Positions 23,496 to 35,240 of a stretch of DNA of 64,000 nt are shown piece by piece. Under the pieces are notes generated by a model. That model was not told the DNA's origin, ran no database searches, and saw nothing but the letters and a program-made list of their open reading frames with translations. The stretch spans positions 25,916,001 to 25,980,000 of the forward strand of contig JBHGNT010000002.1 of the NCBI GenBank assembly GCA_043228905.1, given 5' to 3'. A program made the translations under genes and the position numbers. The DNA is from Azolla caroliniana. Its lineage: Eukaryota; Plantae; Polypodiophyta. Each line of letters starts with the position of its first letter. Positions within the stretch are counted from its first letter, which is position 1.

Positions 23496-25636
23496 TCCTG
23501 ATTCTCGCCACCGAGGGATTCGCGGTTTCGCTCGTGGTTTGGCCCACCGTCAGAAATTGGACCGAATGGCGCCCGTCCTGGCTTTTGACCCTCGCGTAGG
23601 CCGAACCATTGTCCAGCACCTTGGTCTCCATTCGCGCCGCCGTGATGTATGGTTCCCCTAATATGACCGGGTGCGAGGACGTCTCCTGTACGAAGAAGTG
23701 TTGGTCAATCTCGACGTCGCCGATCTTGACTCGCACGTTCGGGCAGGCCCCGTGCAGTTCCTCTGTGGCGCGCGTCGCCATCCGTATCTTCCACCCGTGC
23801 TTGGTGTTGATCGGCCACTTCCCCTTCTTATAGAAGTCCATGGACATCAGGTTTATTTCCGAACCGTGGTCCACCAGTGCCACCACCGGTTCCTGAACAT
23901 CTCCGATCTTTACCAGGGTCTCCGTGGTCGCTCGGGCCCAGTGCGGCCTCGAATAGTGGCTCTCCGCCCACTCGTCTTCCATCGCCATGTCGTCGATGTG
24001 CGTCGTCCGCACCTCCACCGGCCTTTCCGGTTCCGTCTCCGTCGACAACCTCTTCCGTTTCACCAAGTCTACAATGGAGTCGTGGAACTCCTTCTTGGCG
24101 ATCCCTAGCACCTCTCGCAATGACAGCTCCCCTTTGTTGTCGAGGATCCGTTCCTCTAGGACCTTCCGTAGGTCCGTAGTCCTTTCTATTTCCGTCCCCA
24201 GTCGGTATCCGCCCTTCCTGGGTTATCTTGCGAGCTGGACCCGCCGGCATCGTTCCGTCGTTGCCCGAATCGGGTCTCGTATCGTTGTGAGGGCCCGGCC
24301 GCACCGGCTTTCCCCACTCGTTTGTCTTCTACCAGAGCCTCGTAGTTCCGGCAGGCGGCTTCTACGAAGCCCGTCTTCTCCTCGACCAGGTCGCTCCACC
24401 CGGTTATTTCCCGGACCCGTCTCTCAGCGGGGTCCGTTTCATCTTTCCTCAGCCGTGCACCGGCGAGGCCTTCCAGCATTGCCGACCAGAATCCGTCTTT
24501 GCCCTCCTTTCGGGCCTCGCTGCCCCCACCTGAATGCCGGCCGACGCCGAGTAGTGGATGGCCTCCACGTGTCGGGCCGCTGCCTCTTCCATCAGTCTCT
24601 TCATACCTCCTCGCCCGTCGTTTCGGTTTAGGGCCCTTCTGGTATCGCCAGCATGCACCCGGCCTTCCCACAAGTACACCACCCGGTTCCTCAACGCCTC
24701 CGCGAAATCGCCGCAGTCCTTCCGAATGTGGCCGACCTCGTCGCACCACATGCACCTGTTCCCCGCTGCCGGCCGTCGGTCACGAGCCGGTTCGCCGCCT
24801 TCCCTTCGAGTCTGGGCGATCTGGAGATCCTTTATCGCCCGCGTCAACTCCTCCAGCGTTGCTCCTCCGGACAAGCCATTGACCATGCCGGTCGAAGCCG
24901 AACCGGTTTCGAGCCATTCCCGGGTTTCTTCCCTTCGCACTTGCGGTGCCGGTTCAAGCCTCCTTGCTGTAACAGAGCCCGCACCGGCCGCCCCGTTGTC
25001 AGCCCATTCTCGCCATTTGTCGAAACGGCCACAGACTCTCTTAACCGCAGCCCAGTCGGTTGTCAGCCCGTCTTCGGTTTCCAGCAAGGAGCCGACTTGA
25101 TCCCGGTCCCGCTCGTCCACCGACTTTACGAACAGTAGGACCCGGCTCGTATCCAGAACGGTTCGGTCAAGCGCCGAAAGGCGCGCAAAGCGTTCTTCGA
25201 ACTCCCGGAGGAGTGCCGACGCGTTTCTTCCCTTGCCAGGGGACTCCACCCATTCCATGAAGTCTCGTTTCGAAAGCCGGAGCGCGTCGTCCAACCCGTA
25301 TTTTTCCAAGAGTCGGCCTTCGAACTCCTCCCAGGTACGACTCTCCGCCCGCACCTCGAGCACCTCCGCATGGATGCTCGGCATCGCCACTCGAGGTAAC
25401 CCGGCAAGACGCCTCTCTTCCGGAATGTCCCGCATCAGCATTTCTGCCCCGTAGGACGCCAAATACTTCGTGGCATCCTTTCCGCTGAACCGGCCGATCG
25501 TACCGACGACCGCCTCAATGGCTCTGTCCAGGGCGCCGGAGCCCTCGCGTGCGCTCAATATCCGATCCACGGCCGAAGCCATGGCCTCTGCAAGATCCGA
25601 CCCCCTCATCTCCTGCTCTTCTGCCGCCTCCTTCAC
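23486..25636 (-). pseudogene. gag: Gypsy gag plus aspartic protease, broken by frameshifts
   Basis: CCHC knuckle CMWCDEVGHIRKDC and protease ALVDHGSEINLM...VILGEPY. Coding frame switches near 24525, 24230 and 23542. Confidence 0.88.
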
Positions 25637-25652
25637 GTCGGGTTGACCAAGA

Positions 25653-26290
25653 TGTCGAGGTATTCCTCGCGGATGCGTGGAATGAGGCGGGACCTCGGGG
25701 GTCCTGTACCGAAGAGCAAGAGAGAAAAGAGAAGAGACCCACTACGTGCGAGCATAGATTCACAGGGACACGGCCCTTCGACACAAAGACGCGAGTGGGA
25801 CAGCGACACAGAGAGACACGAAGGTATGTATGTATTAACAAAGACAACAACAAGAACACGAAAACAACAAAAACACGAAGTCAGTTACAACCGAACAGGC
25901 CGGCGAACAGATGTTGATGCCTATTCGTAAACGTACAGAAAGAAAGGAGCAGGTTGGAGGTGCTGCCGGAAGCACTCGAGCATTCCTCAGAGCAGCGCGA
26001 GCCTCCCGAAACCTGCACAGAAAGAAGCTATGGAGTTTGCGAGCCAGAGAGAGAGAGAAGCCTTCGCACACAAACCGACAGCACTTCGTCCTCGACTCTC
26101 CGCGATCCCTTCCTCCTCCTCGTCTCCCTCCTTTTATAGGCAAGGAAGGAGCCGTTTCCCCTTTACTTCCCACCTACCGAATCTACCTGCCTAGGATCTC
26201 CTATGTACAACATAAGGCACACGTGCATGAAGAGCCGGTTCCTACACTCCGGTGCACCGATTCCGCTTGTGGACGGTTTTCTTCACGACA
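25653..26290 (-). repeat. 5' LTR of gypsy element
   Basis: Followed on the minus strand by TCT-TGGTCAACCCGACGTGAA (PBS). Confidence 0.97.
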
Positions 26291-26384
26291 ACGTTATGGC
26301 GGGATTTAATGCATACACATGCCCTATTAAGTGTGTAGCTTACACACAAGGTGTGTTGTTGAGTTTGATATCTCAACATTCAAA

Positions 26385-27281
26385 GTTCTTATAATCTAGT
26401 TCGGATTCGTCTAAGTGATGAATGGAGGGCTGCATTTTGCACTCAATATGGGCATTTTGAGTATATAGTTATGTCTTCAGTCTCACAAATGTGTCAATGG
26501 TTTCTCAACATATAGCCAATGATATCTTTTGAGACTTCTCGAATATATTTGCCATTGTTTATTTGGATGGTATCCTAATCTTTTCCAAGACTCAAGAGGA
26601 GAATTATGAGCTTGTTTGCCAAGCTCTACAACGATGATGAGAATATGGTCTCTATGCCAAACTTGAGAAATGTCGTTTCGACCGCAACCACGTGAAATTC
26701 CTAGGGTACATGGTCTTGCTAGAAGGAATCTGAATGGATCCAAATAAGGTGAAAAAACTTCTAAAGTGGCAAACACCACAACCTATGCATGATGTCCAAT
26801 GTTTCTTAGGATTTGTAAATTTTTACCGTAAATTCATCAAGATTTACTCAAAAATAGTTCTTCCTCTTACACATTTGACACAGAAAAACCAACCATTTAT
26901 ATGAAATTTAAGTGCAATGGAGGCATTTGAAAGCTTAAAATATGCATTTGCATCTGCTTTTGTTTTGATGCATCAAATATTGCACTCAAGAGTCTCCTCT
27001 CACAAACCGAATGCACGGGTAGTTACATCGAGTGGCTTTTCATTCACAAAAATTTGAAGCAACGAAAATTAATCTTGAGTTTCATGAGAAGGGGCTTTTG
27101 AGCATTAACGCCATTTCTTAATTCTCCTTATCAAATCATTGTCTGCAATGATCACAAGAACCTAACATATTTAGCAGAACCTACTTTTGACCATCAAAGC
27201 ATGTCCTCCTTGGTCCCAAACATAACCAAGTCCTATATTCTAGATGTTGATGCATCAGATTTGCACTCAAGAGTCTCCTCT
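26385..27281 (+). mobile_element. Old Ty3/gypsy (chromovirus-like) RT/RNase H relic; continues at 30388-30530 after the copia insertion
   Basis: Degenerate [54 protein letters not shown] and DAS motifs. Confidence 0.85.
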
Positions 27282-30200
27282 TGTTGGAAACAAGATCAAC
27301 ACTGTTCAAGTAAAGGACACCTAGTTGATGTGGATTTAAAGGTGGGAACAAATTGAAGACAAAGTAGGCAACTGAATTGGGAATCAAGATCAAGAAAGAC
27401 AACAAGAAGGAGACACCAATGGGCACAAGAACAATGTAACTGTATTATTATCTCAGAGAGTTGCAATGGCACATTGTACAATATGAACGATCACATAAAC
27501 TAGGTTACAAAGCCAATTATATACTAGCTGAGTTAGGGCAACTGCCCTTTCCACTATTTGCATAAATAGCCTAAACCTAATGTGAATACATTCATTATTT
27601 TCCTGTATTCGACAATCCCCTATAATGGGTGTATACAACAAAAATCTGTAATAAAAAGAAGGTCAACTCGGAAGGTCTGAAGCCGAATAGGCTGTGCAGA
27701 ATGTCGAATCTTGGAATGTTGATGGTGATTGCCCGAGACATATCTTTAGTGTCCGACTTGATCGAACCGACTTTCCGTTATGTCCATTTGGTGCCAAAGA
27801 GATCAAAATCGGTCTGTCGGAAGGCACTTGGTCATCCCATCTACGACATTATCGACTATGGATATTTTCTAGAGGCTGATTTTCTCGGAAATGACACAGT
27901 CCCGAAGGAAGTGATACCTCATGTCTATATACTTTGAGGTGTTGTGATGAACCGGATGTTTGGACAAAGAGATAGCACCTTGATTGTCACTATAGACAAC
28001 TGGAACCATGTCACAGTTGGCTTGTCGAAATGTGTGCTAATAAACCGAGCCATAAGGCCTCTTTGGCCGCGTCGAACACAATTACATATCTGGCCTCGAT
28101 CGTTGATGTTGTGGTGCACTCCTGCAACTTTGACTTCAACGAGATTGCTCTGTTCCCAAACATAAAGTAGTATTTGATTGTCGATTTTGGACTACCTAAG
28201 TAGTCGACAAAGTTCGAGTCGGTATTACCGACTGCGCCTAAAGTCTCGTTTGGGCCGAACAGGATACCATAGTCTTCTATGCCTACAAGATATCTAAACT
28301 CATGCTTTACTGCATTCCAATGCGATCGACCGAGGTTGTGCATAAATCTGCAGACAACTCCAACGGCATGGGCTAAATCCATATTTGTTGCACCCATTGC
28401 ATACATTAAGGAGTTGACAACCGGTGCGTATGGTATGAGCTTGAAAAATTCCCCCTTTGAACCGAATGTCGAGCAGTCATTTTGAGATAGCCGAAGGCTA
28501 ATTGGGAGTGGGGTTGAAACAGATTTTGCCAATTGCATGTTGAAGCGTTCTAAGACATGTCAAATGTAGTTGTCGTCGATTCCCAAACCAACTAATCTTT
28601 ATCCCTAGAATGTGTCTTGCTAGACCGAAGTCCTTCATGGAAAACTTCCACTACAATTGTTGATCGAGGTTGGTGAGCTCTCTGGCATGCTGGCCGGAGA
28701 GTAGCATGTCATCCACGTAGATGATGAGGAACATGGGAGACCCATCTCAAGCTCTTTTGGTGAAGAGGCAATGGTCCTCATCGCTCAGACTTTCAGAAGT
28801 CGACTAATTGGATGAAATCGTCAATCTTCTTATACCACTACTAGGGTGCCTATTTGAGGCCATATAAACTCTTCCTGAGTCTGCAGACTAGTTGTTATTG
28901 GCCAAATACCACAAAGCTTTTCAATTGCTCCATATAAATCTCCTCCTCTAGGTTACCATGGAGGATTGTCGTTTTGACATGTAGTTGGATTAGCTCCAAA
29001 TCCTCGACTGCCACGATGTCAACCATAAAGCGCAGGGTTGTCATCTTCACCACTAGTGAGAAGATTTCGTTGAAGTCAACATTGTATTCCTGTCAAAACC
29101 CTTTCGCTACTAATCTGGCCAAATCGGTTGATGCGGATACTTCATCATAGGACATCGGCTCACCGATATCCGTGAAGAAGATTATAGGAGAGTATCTCTA
29201 TCTCTCCGAAGGCTGCAACATTTTTTCGGATCTTCTTGGTATGACTGGGTTAGACAGGTCGAGTGTCTAGGTCGGATGGTTCTGAGTTGAACCATTCAAC
29301 TGTGCCAAATCGGTTGGAGCTAATTCGGTGTTAGAGGATTGAGCTACCCATGAAGCTGACCTCGTGTTATGAGTTGGGCCGTCATGAAGGGCCAGCACTT
29401 CTGAAAAGTTTAACCTTCTGAGTTCAATAGGCCTTTCGGTTGTCTTGAGCATGACCAACTCATTAAAGACAACAACCGAACTTCAGACTATTTGTCTATT
29501 CTCTGGGTCCCAGAGGCAGTATCCAATTTCGTTGTCCGGTTCATAGCCAAGGAAAATACATTTCATGGACCTCAGTTCGAGCTTTTGGCAATCCTCTTTC
29601 GTAATGAGGGTGTATGACTCGCATCCAAAAATCCTCAACGTGTCATAATTTGACTTCAGGCCAGTTCGTAATTCTTGATGTACTTAGAGACATATTAATT
29701 ATGTGTAATGTCGTAAGCAGGTCCTCTACCTAGAAACCATCCGACAATCCAAAGTGTTGGAGCATAATAATGATTCGTTCCTAAATTGTTCGATTCATTC
29801 ATTCAGAAATTATGTTTTACTTTGGACTATACGGTGTCGTATATTCACGTCGAATAGTGCGATGCTGGGAAAATCTAACAAATTCCCATAAGTATTTCTG
29901 TTCTTGGCTGGACTGGTTCTCGGCGAGCCATTCTTGGAAGATCGAGAACACCTAATCTTTGGTTCTGGCCGGGTATATGCGCATACGTTATGAGTCGTAT
30001 TGTCATAGAGACTGGTGTGGCATCCGGACTGAGTGTGGAACAAGATCAACACTCATCAAGTAAAGAACATCTAGTTCATGTGGATATAAAGGTGGGAACA
30101 GATTGAAGACAAAGTAGGCAACTGAATTGGGAATCAAGATCAAGAAAGACAACAAGAAGGAGACACCAATGGGCACAAGAACAATGTAATTGTATTTATT

Positions 30201-30382
30201 ATCTCAGAGAGTTGTAGTGGCACATTGTACAACATGAATGACCACATAAACTAGGTTACAAAACCAGTTATATATTAACTAACTTAGAGCAATTGCCCTT
30301 TCCACTATTTGCATAAATAGCCTAAACCTAGTGCGTCCAATGGGACAATGTGAATACATCCATTATTTTCCCGTATTCGACA
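27282..30382 (-). mobile_element. Internally deleted, degenerate Ty1/copia element
   Basis: LTRs at 27282-27614 and 30034-30382 (TG...CA), TSD CCTCT/CCCCT, and PPT next to 27614. Relics of integrase and RT/RNase H (IYVDDML, YAPVVNSLMYAM, HWNAVKH, AAKEALWL). No gag or protease seen. Confidence 0.88.
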
Positions 30383-30804
30383 CCCCTCACAAACCGAATG
30401 CAACAGGTAGTTACATATAATGGCTTTTCATTCATGGAAATTTGAAGATATGAGAATAAATCTTGAGGTTCATAAGAAGGGGATTTGGCTATCGTGGACT
30501 ATTTTGAGCATTGGCGTCATTTCTGGATACTAAAGACTAAGTGTGGAACCAAGAGAAGGGGAACATATTAAATTTGTTTCTAGATCTTTAGGTCTAATGG
30601 CTACCTCAACGTGAAAGGGGATAATCTCATTGTAAAAGAACTACAAAAGTCAGTTTTGTGCCTTGAGTCTCTCTCTCTCTCTCTCTTTTTATCGTAATAG
30701 CTTACCCTAGTGGTAAGTTGATAACACTACAAGCATTGTGTGTTGGGTTCGAAACCCAATTTCCTCACCTCTCTAATATATACTTCATATATATCTCTAT
30801 TTCA

Positions 30805-30891
30805 CTAGATGCCACTGTGGAATGTAGGGGTTGAGCCCATGACCACCCGGTCTCCATTGGGCAACCTTACCAACTGAGCTACATCCAACTG

Positions 30892-30897
<6 letters not shown>
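30805..30897 (-). mobile_element. tRNA-derived short repeat (SINE-like), copy 2
   Basis: Minus strand reads GGATGTAGCTCAGTTGGTAAGG...GGTCATGGGCTCAACCCCTACATTCC, with A and B boxes. Homologous to 673-781. Confidence 0.75.
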
Positions 30898-30943
<46 letters not shown>

Positions 30944-31046
30944 AAAGGACAAAATGGGAATATTACATTGCAAACATCAATCATGAATGTTGGGTTATAT
31001 ATAAGGCAAGACAACCTATTGATCGCATTCAACCTTACCTCATTAC

Positions 31047-31541
31047 TGTTAGAGTTAGATCCTAATGTAAGCATATGATAAGGATATAATAAATAGATAG
31101 AAAAAAAAAAAGAGAAAAAGAAGGGTGTTGATCCACTCGGCCACCCCCGAGCAAAGGGATCGAGACAGACTCGTGCCTTGATCGGCGTCCCATACCACTG
31201 TTGTGGCATCGAGTCGTACCTGGTACTGGTGTGCTCGCTCACAAGAGTTTGATCACCACTTAAGCAAAGTCTCGACGTAGTCGAATATTCTCAATGAGGG
31301 TAGTTAGGCCTCATATTTATAGCCAGACCTAAGGGCCCCATGCAAGTTGACACTTGGCCTTAATGGGTTGTCTCAATCCCAAGGATTAAAAGGAATCATT
31401 CCGTTCTTTACATTGTCGTTTAACCCTCAACACGTTATCCACGTGTATAGAATACTATGATACAATCTTACCACATGAGAATTTATGGTCATGCCCGTAA
31501 CAATTACTAACATGAGTATTGACTCTCGTAGAGCCCTAACA
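31047..31541 (-). mobile_element. Isolated LTR-like segment
   Basis: Termini TGTTAG...CTAACA, minus-strand CTATAAATA at ~31315 and a short purine tract on the right. No TSD. Confidence 0.5.
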
Positions 31542-31668
31542 CTCCTTCGTACTTGATCACACTGTTGGAACTGGCCGCCAGGTGCAGAACAATCTCAGCA
31601 CTCTTTGAGTGGAAGATCTTCTACAAGTACAAAGAAACAAATTGATAACAATAGGCAACTGAAACAAA

Positions 31669-32022
31669 TTGACTGATAAGTTCTATCATTGGCATATTGG
31701 TTATGTAGGTCACCTGAAGGAGAGGAGTTTGAAAGAGCGGATGCGAAGAGATCCTACTAAAGTTATTCGTAAAGTTGTATTCCGTATGCTTCCCAAGAAT
31801 AGGCTACAAGATGATAGGGCAAGAAAGCTGCGAATTTTTGTGGATGATAAGCATCCATTTGCTGACAAGCCCTTGCAGCCTTACATAATGCCCCCTCAGA
31901 ATGTGAGAGAGCTTAGACCTCGTGCCAGACGAGCATCAAAATGCGCTCAGAAAAAGGCTACAAATAGGAGAGCAAAGCTTGCATTGCTTGAGCAAAACAA
32001 TTCTAGCACAACACTAACTTGA
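31669..32022 (+). pseudogene. RPL13: 5'-truncated copy of mitochondrial-type ribosomal protein uL13
   Basis: TDKFYHWHIGYVGHLKERSLK...MLPKNRL...KLRIF...HPF...RPRARRA matches the C-terminal half of plant mitochondrial uL13. There is no N-terminus and no ATG start. Confidence 0.85.
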
Positions 32023-32284
32023 TGTGACATTTTCTTATATCACATTCCTTGAATAATTTGAGGTGGGAGTTTCTTGATGTTTACCTTTATGTTATAGTTG
32101 CTAGAAATTTAGTATATGTAGTAGTCAACTATAGTGATATACATGATGATGAATTTGAATGATTCTTCTTTATCCATCAATTTCAATTATTTGGCTATTG
32201 CAAAGAACATCAAAGGTCAATCGATTTGGTCCTTTCCAGGGTCTGTATAAATCAAAAACATATTTGTTGGAAAGAGATTTGACT

Positions 32285-32316
<32 letters not shown>

Positions 32317-32451
32317 CCCGTCTTAGTTGGCTTCCCCTATTGTTGGATATGGCAGGCTTTTGTGTATATATATAAATATGCATAACAACCTCTTGTAAAG
32401 ATCTAAGAAGCACAAATAACAGTTGATTGATAATACAAATCTATTTGGCAG

Positions 32452-32813
32452 ACAAAAGAGCTCTAAGGCAGAAGGTGAGCGACTGAGAGAGGCTATAAGC
32501 ATTAATAAATCTCTTTCCACACTTGGGTAAGGAAATCTCTTATTCTACGGTGTTATATTAAATGTGCACTTTGTTTCATAAGTTATCAAATATAATTGTC
32601 ATTCCAGTTTAGTTATCATGGTGTTGGTGGGCATTGCACATGGAGAACAACACCATGTACCCTACCGAGATTCCAAACTCACATTCTTACTTTAAGTAAG
32701 TTACTATCTAACTCTACCTAGATTATTAGGACATGAAAATTTATAGTTGATGATGATTCAAGGAGTTGTAACTCAAAAACAGCCATTATTGCTATAGTGA
32801 ACCCATCTATCTC
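32452..32813 (+). pseudogene. Kinesin motor-domain fragment (kinesin-12/POK-like), three exons with introns
   Basis: Exons 32452-32526 (QKSSKAEGERLREAISINKSLSTLG), 32608-32695 (LVIM...HVPYRDSKLTFLL*) and ~32755-32813 (DS..NSKTAIIA). GT donors are present, and there is a TAA where Q is expected. Confidence 0.85.
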
Positions 32814-33669
32814 GTAAGTCTAGCAAGAAATCTTGTTTAACAATTTTGTTCAGCCTCACAAACTGACACAAAAACCTGTTGACAGTTATTACCAACCTCT
32901 AACCTGTTGATTTGTTGTAAGTAGGCTAACATTGGTAACCTCTCTTTATTACAGGTGTGCCAATAAGACATGAGCACATTGAAATTTGCACAGCGAGCTA
33001 AGTTCATCCAAAACAATGTATGGTTGTAATACTTTTGGTTTTATGGATACAAAACATATGCTAATTGGCAATGTCAGTGGTTGCTCAAAGCTATATAAAA
33101 GTATGGTTTGTTCCTTTTTCCCATTGCAGAGCTCAATGAATTCACAAAGCCAGAATGATTGATAGACAAACCAGATAGGCCTTAAACAACCATTATTGGA
33201 TAAACAAAAGCATTTCAAACATTCTGATTTTGAATATGGATAACCAATGCCATGATTTTTTTCTTGGATAGGAGAGGCTAATTTCCTAGAAATGTATCTT
33301 AACATTGTAAACAACTTAGATATAGACGAGATATGAATAGTATTGAAGTTTGAAATATTTGTGTGTTGCCAATGACATCCGATATCGAGCCTCAAAATCA
33401 AATCTTTGGCCATCACGACGGTAAATGGTTCATTAAGAAAACATAACGTGATAAAACCTTGTGAATTTGATTAAGATGTTTCATTAGTTTGATATAATTT
33501 GATGTGCCAAAAAAAAATTGCTATGTGCCAAAAAAAAGATTTGTACATGTTCCGGTTGACATTATCACTCGTAGGAAAGTGGCCGGTTAAAATTTTTAAT
33601 TTCCGGTTAGGATCATAAGTAGCAAGAAATTTCCAGTAGGGACTAGAAACTTTGCCCAACACTAGTCGT

Positions 33670-34025
33670 GACTCATTATTTATTCATACACATGCATGTA
33701 CATACATACAATCATTATTCATACATTCATGCAATCATTCATTCATAGACAAACACAAATACAATCATACGATCATTCGATCATTATTAAACATACATGC
33801 ATACATACATTATTCTGCCATTATTTATTTATACACATAAATGTACATACAATCATTCATTCATTCATTCATACAATCATTCGATCGTGCACACAAGTGC
33901 ATGCGTTCATACAATCATTTAGTTCATGCATGAATTCATATGTGCATAAACATCCATAGCCATACAAATAGATTACATATATACACATACATATACATAT
34001 ATGTACACACATATACATACATTTT
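33670..34025. repeat. Low-complexity CATA/CATT-rich repeat tract
   Basis: Many catac/cattcat/acaatcatt units. Confidence 0.75.
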
Positions 34026-34539
34026 GATATTTATTTTAGGTAAACATGCAATCATCTATGATTTAGACTCTTCAGTTATGTCTCACATAGAACTAAACGA
34101 ATTGACTCAGACTCTTCGGTTATCTCTCCAAAGGCAATAGGCAAACCATCTATTAATGTGATAGATGCTAGATAAGGTAGTTTTTTAAGAGGGTTTTTTG
34201 TGTCAAGGTAATGTTTTAGTCCATGAAGCAAGAATTGGCTCTTGAATACAAGAAAAGGCAAGGAATCGATGACATCGAAAAGCACTAAGTTCAACTTCTG
34301 TTGCAAATGCTCTACTAGTTAGGTTAGACTAGCTCAACAAATTATGGGTTGTAAAACCAAATGGCTTCTAGCCTGGTTGTAGTTACTCATTTAACACTTC
34401 ATCTAGCTAGCTAAAGACCTCAAACATATCAGATGGTGCAAGGCTACTAGGATTTCTAGATGTAATTAGAGAATAAAAATCGAGTTTACCACGAGCACTT
34501 AGTTAACTTGATTTTTGGGTCAAAACGCAAAACTAATCA

Positions 34540-35240
34540 CCACGGTCCACCATAATATAGACATAGGCGGTTTTCTCGACATAACTACTTTTCAACATCA
34601 ATCAAAGACCCTAGATAAAATGCAACATTGATCTCCATTGTAGAGGGCCACCCTTCATAATTATGTTAGGTTCTTGAGTGTGGCTACTTTAGAAATGCAT
34701 AAGTTATCATTGTCCTTGAGCATAATGTTTGTTGTCATTTATAATGTTCCTCAAATAGTTTATCATCACATCATACTTCTCAATTGATATCCTAATTCAT
34801 CAGTGATTTCAGATCTTCATGGAAAGTAAAAAGTAAATCTGCCACATTATTGTGTATTCCATAACATAATTGTGCATTAATTCTTCTTCATCCCAAGTAA
34901 TGTCAAATGCAAGGAGGCAAAATTTTGTTGCCTAAGTCAAGGAAGGGCAATCTCCTTGTCTCGAACTTTGAATCTTGTTGGTTGTCATTCTCACACTATC
35001 GGTATCCCCAAAACTTGCTTGGAATTCCTAAGTGATAAAACCATTAAAGTCTTCTAACAAGAGAGAGTTATTTTCTACAAATGGTGCAAACCATGCAAGT
35101 TTGTACATGTTAGTAGTGTTCCTAGTGGCTATTGGATATATGTTTTGTATCTGGATGACAAGGCACACTTGGTTTATAAATCCTCAAAAGTGAGGCAGAG
35201 TACCATGAAACTTTCCTAGTAAATAGATGTTTAGTTCATT
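34540..35240 (-). mobile_element. Degenerate gag relic, same family as 8305-9419
   Basis: Minus strand gives GKFHG...GFINQVCLVIQ, LAWFAPFVEN, FQASFGDTDSVR and RQGD. An LTR-like segment at ~35320-35710 shares gtgttgaaccg with the 7745-8195 LTR. Confidence 0.7.

Larger units (their letters stand above)
19298..26290 (-). mobile_element. Full-length GC-rich Ty3/gypsy LTR retrotransposon (no chromodomain), mutated
   Basis: 638-bp LTRs at 19298-19935 and 25653-26290 with ~9 differences. 4-bp TSD ACGT, PBS complementary to the tRNA-Trp 3' end, PPT TTAGGTGGGGGCGGA, and domain order gag-PR-RT-RH-INT. Confidence 0.97.

Noticed and set aside
19188-26309. Antisense and LTR-encoded ORFs in the gypsy element (for example 22765-23661 and 19556-20092)
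   Set aside because: High GC suppresses stop codons. No recognisable domains, and LTR ORFs repeat only because the LTRs do.
30697-30762. tRNA gene candidate (GGGTTCGAAACCC)
   Set aside because: B box is present but the D-arm, anticodon and acceptor stems do not form. At best a degenerate SINE-like relic.
32949-33416. 155-aa minus-strand ORF, considered as a helicase or transposase fragment
   Set aside because: No convincing motif, so left unassigned
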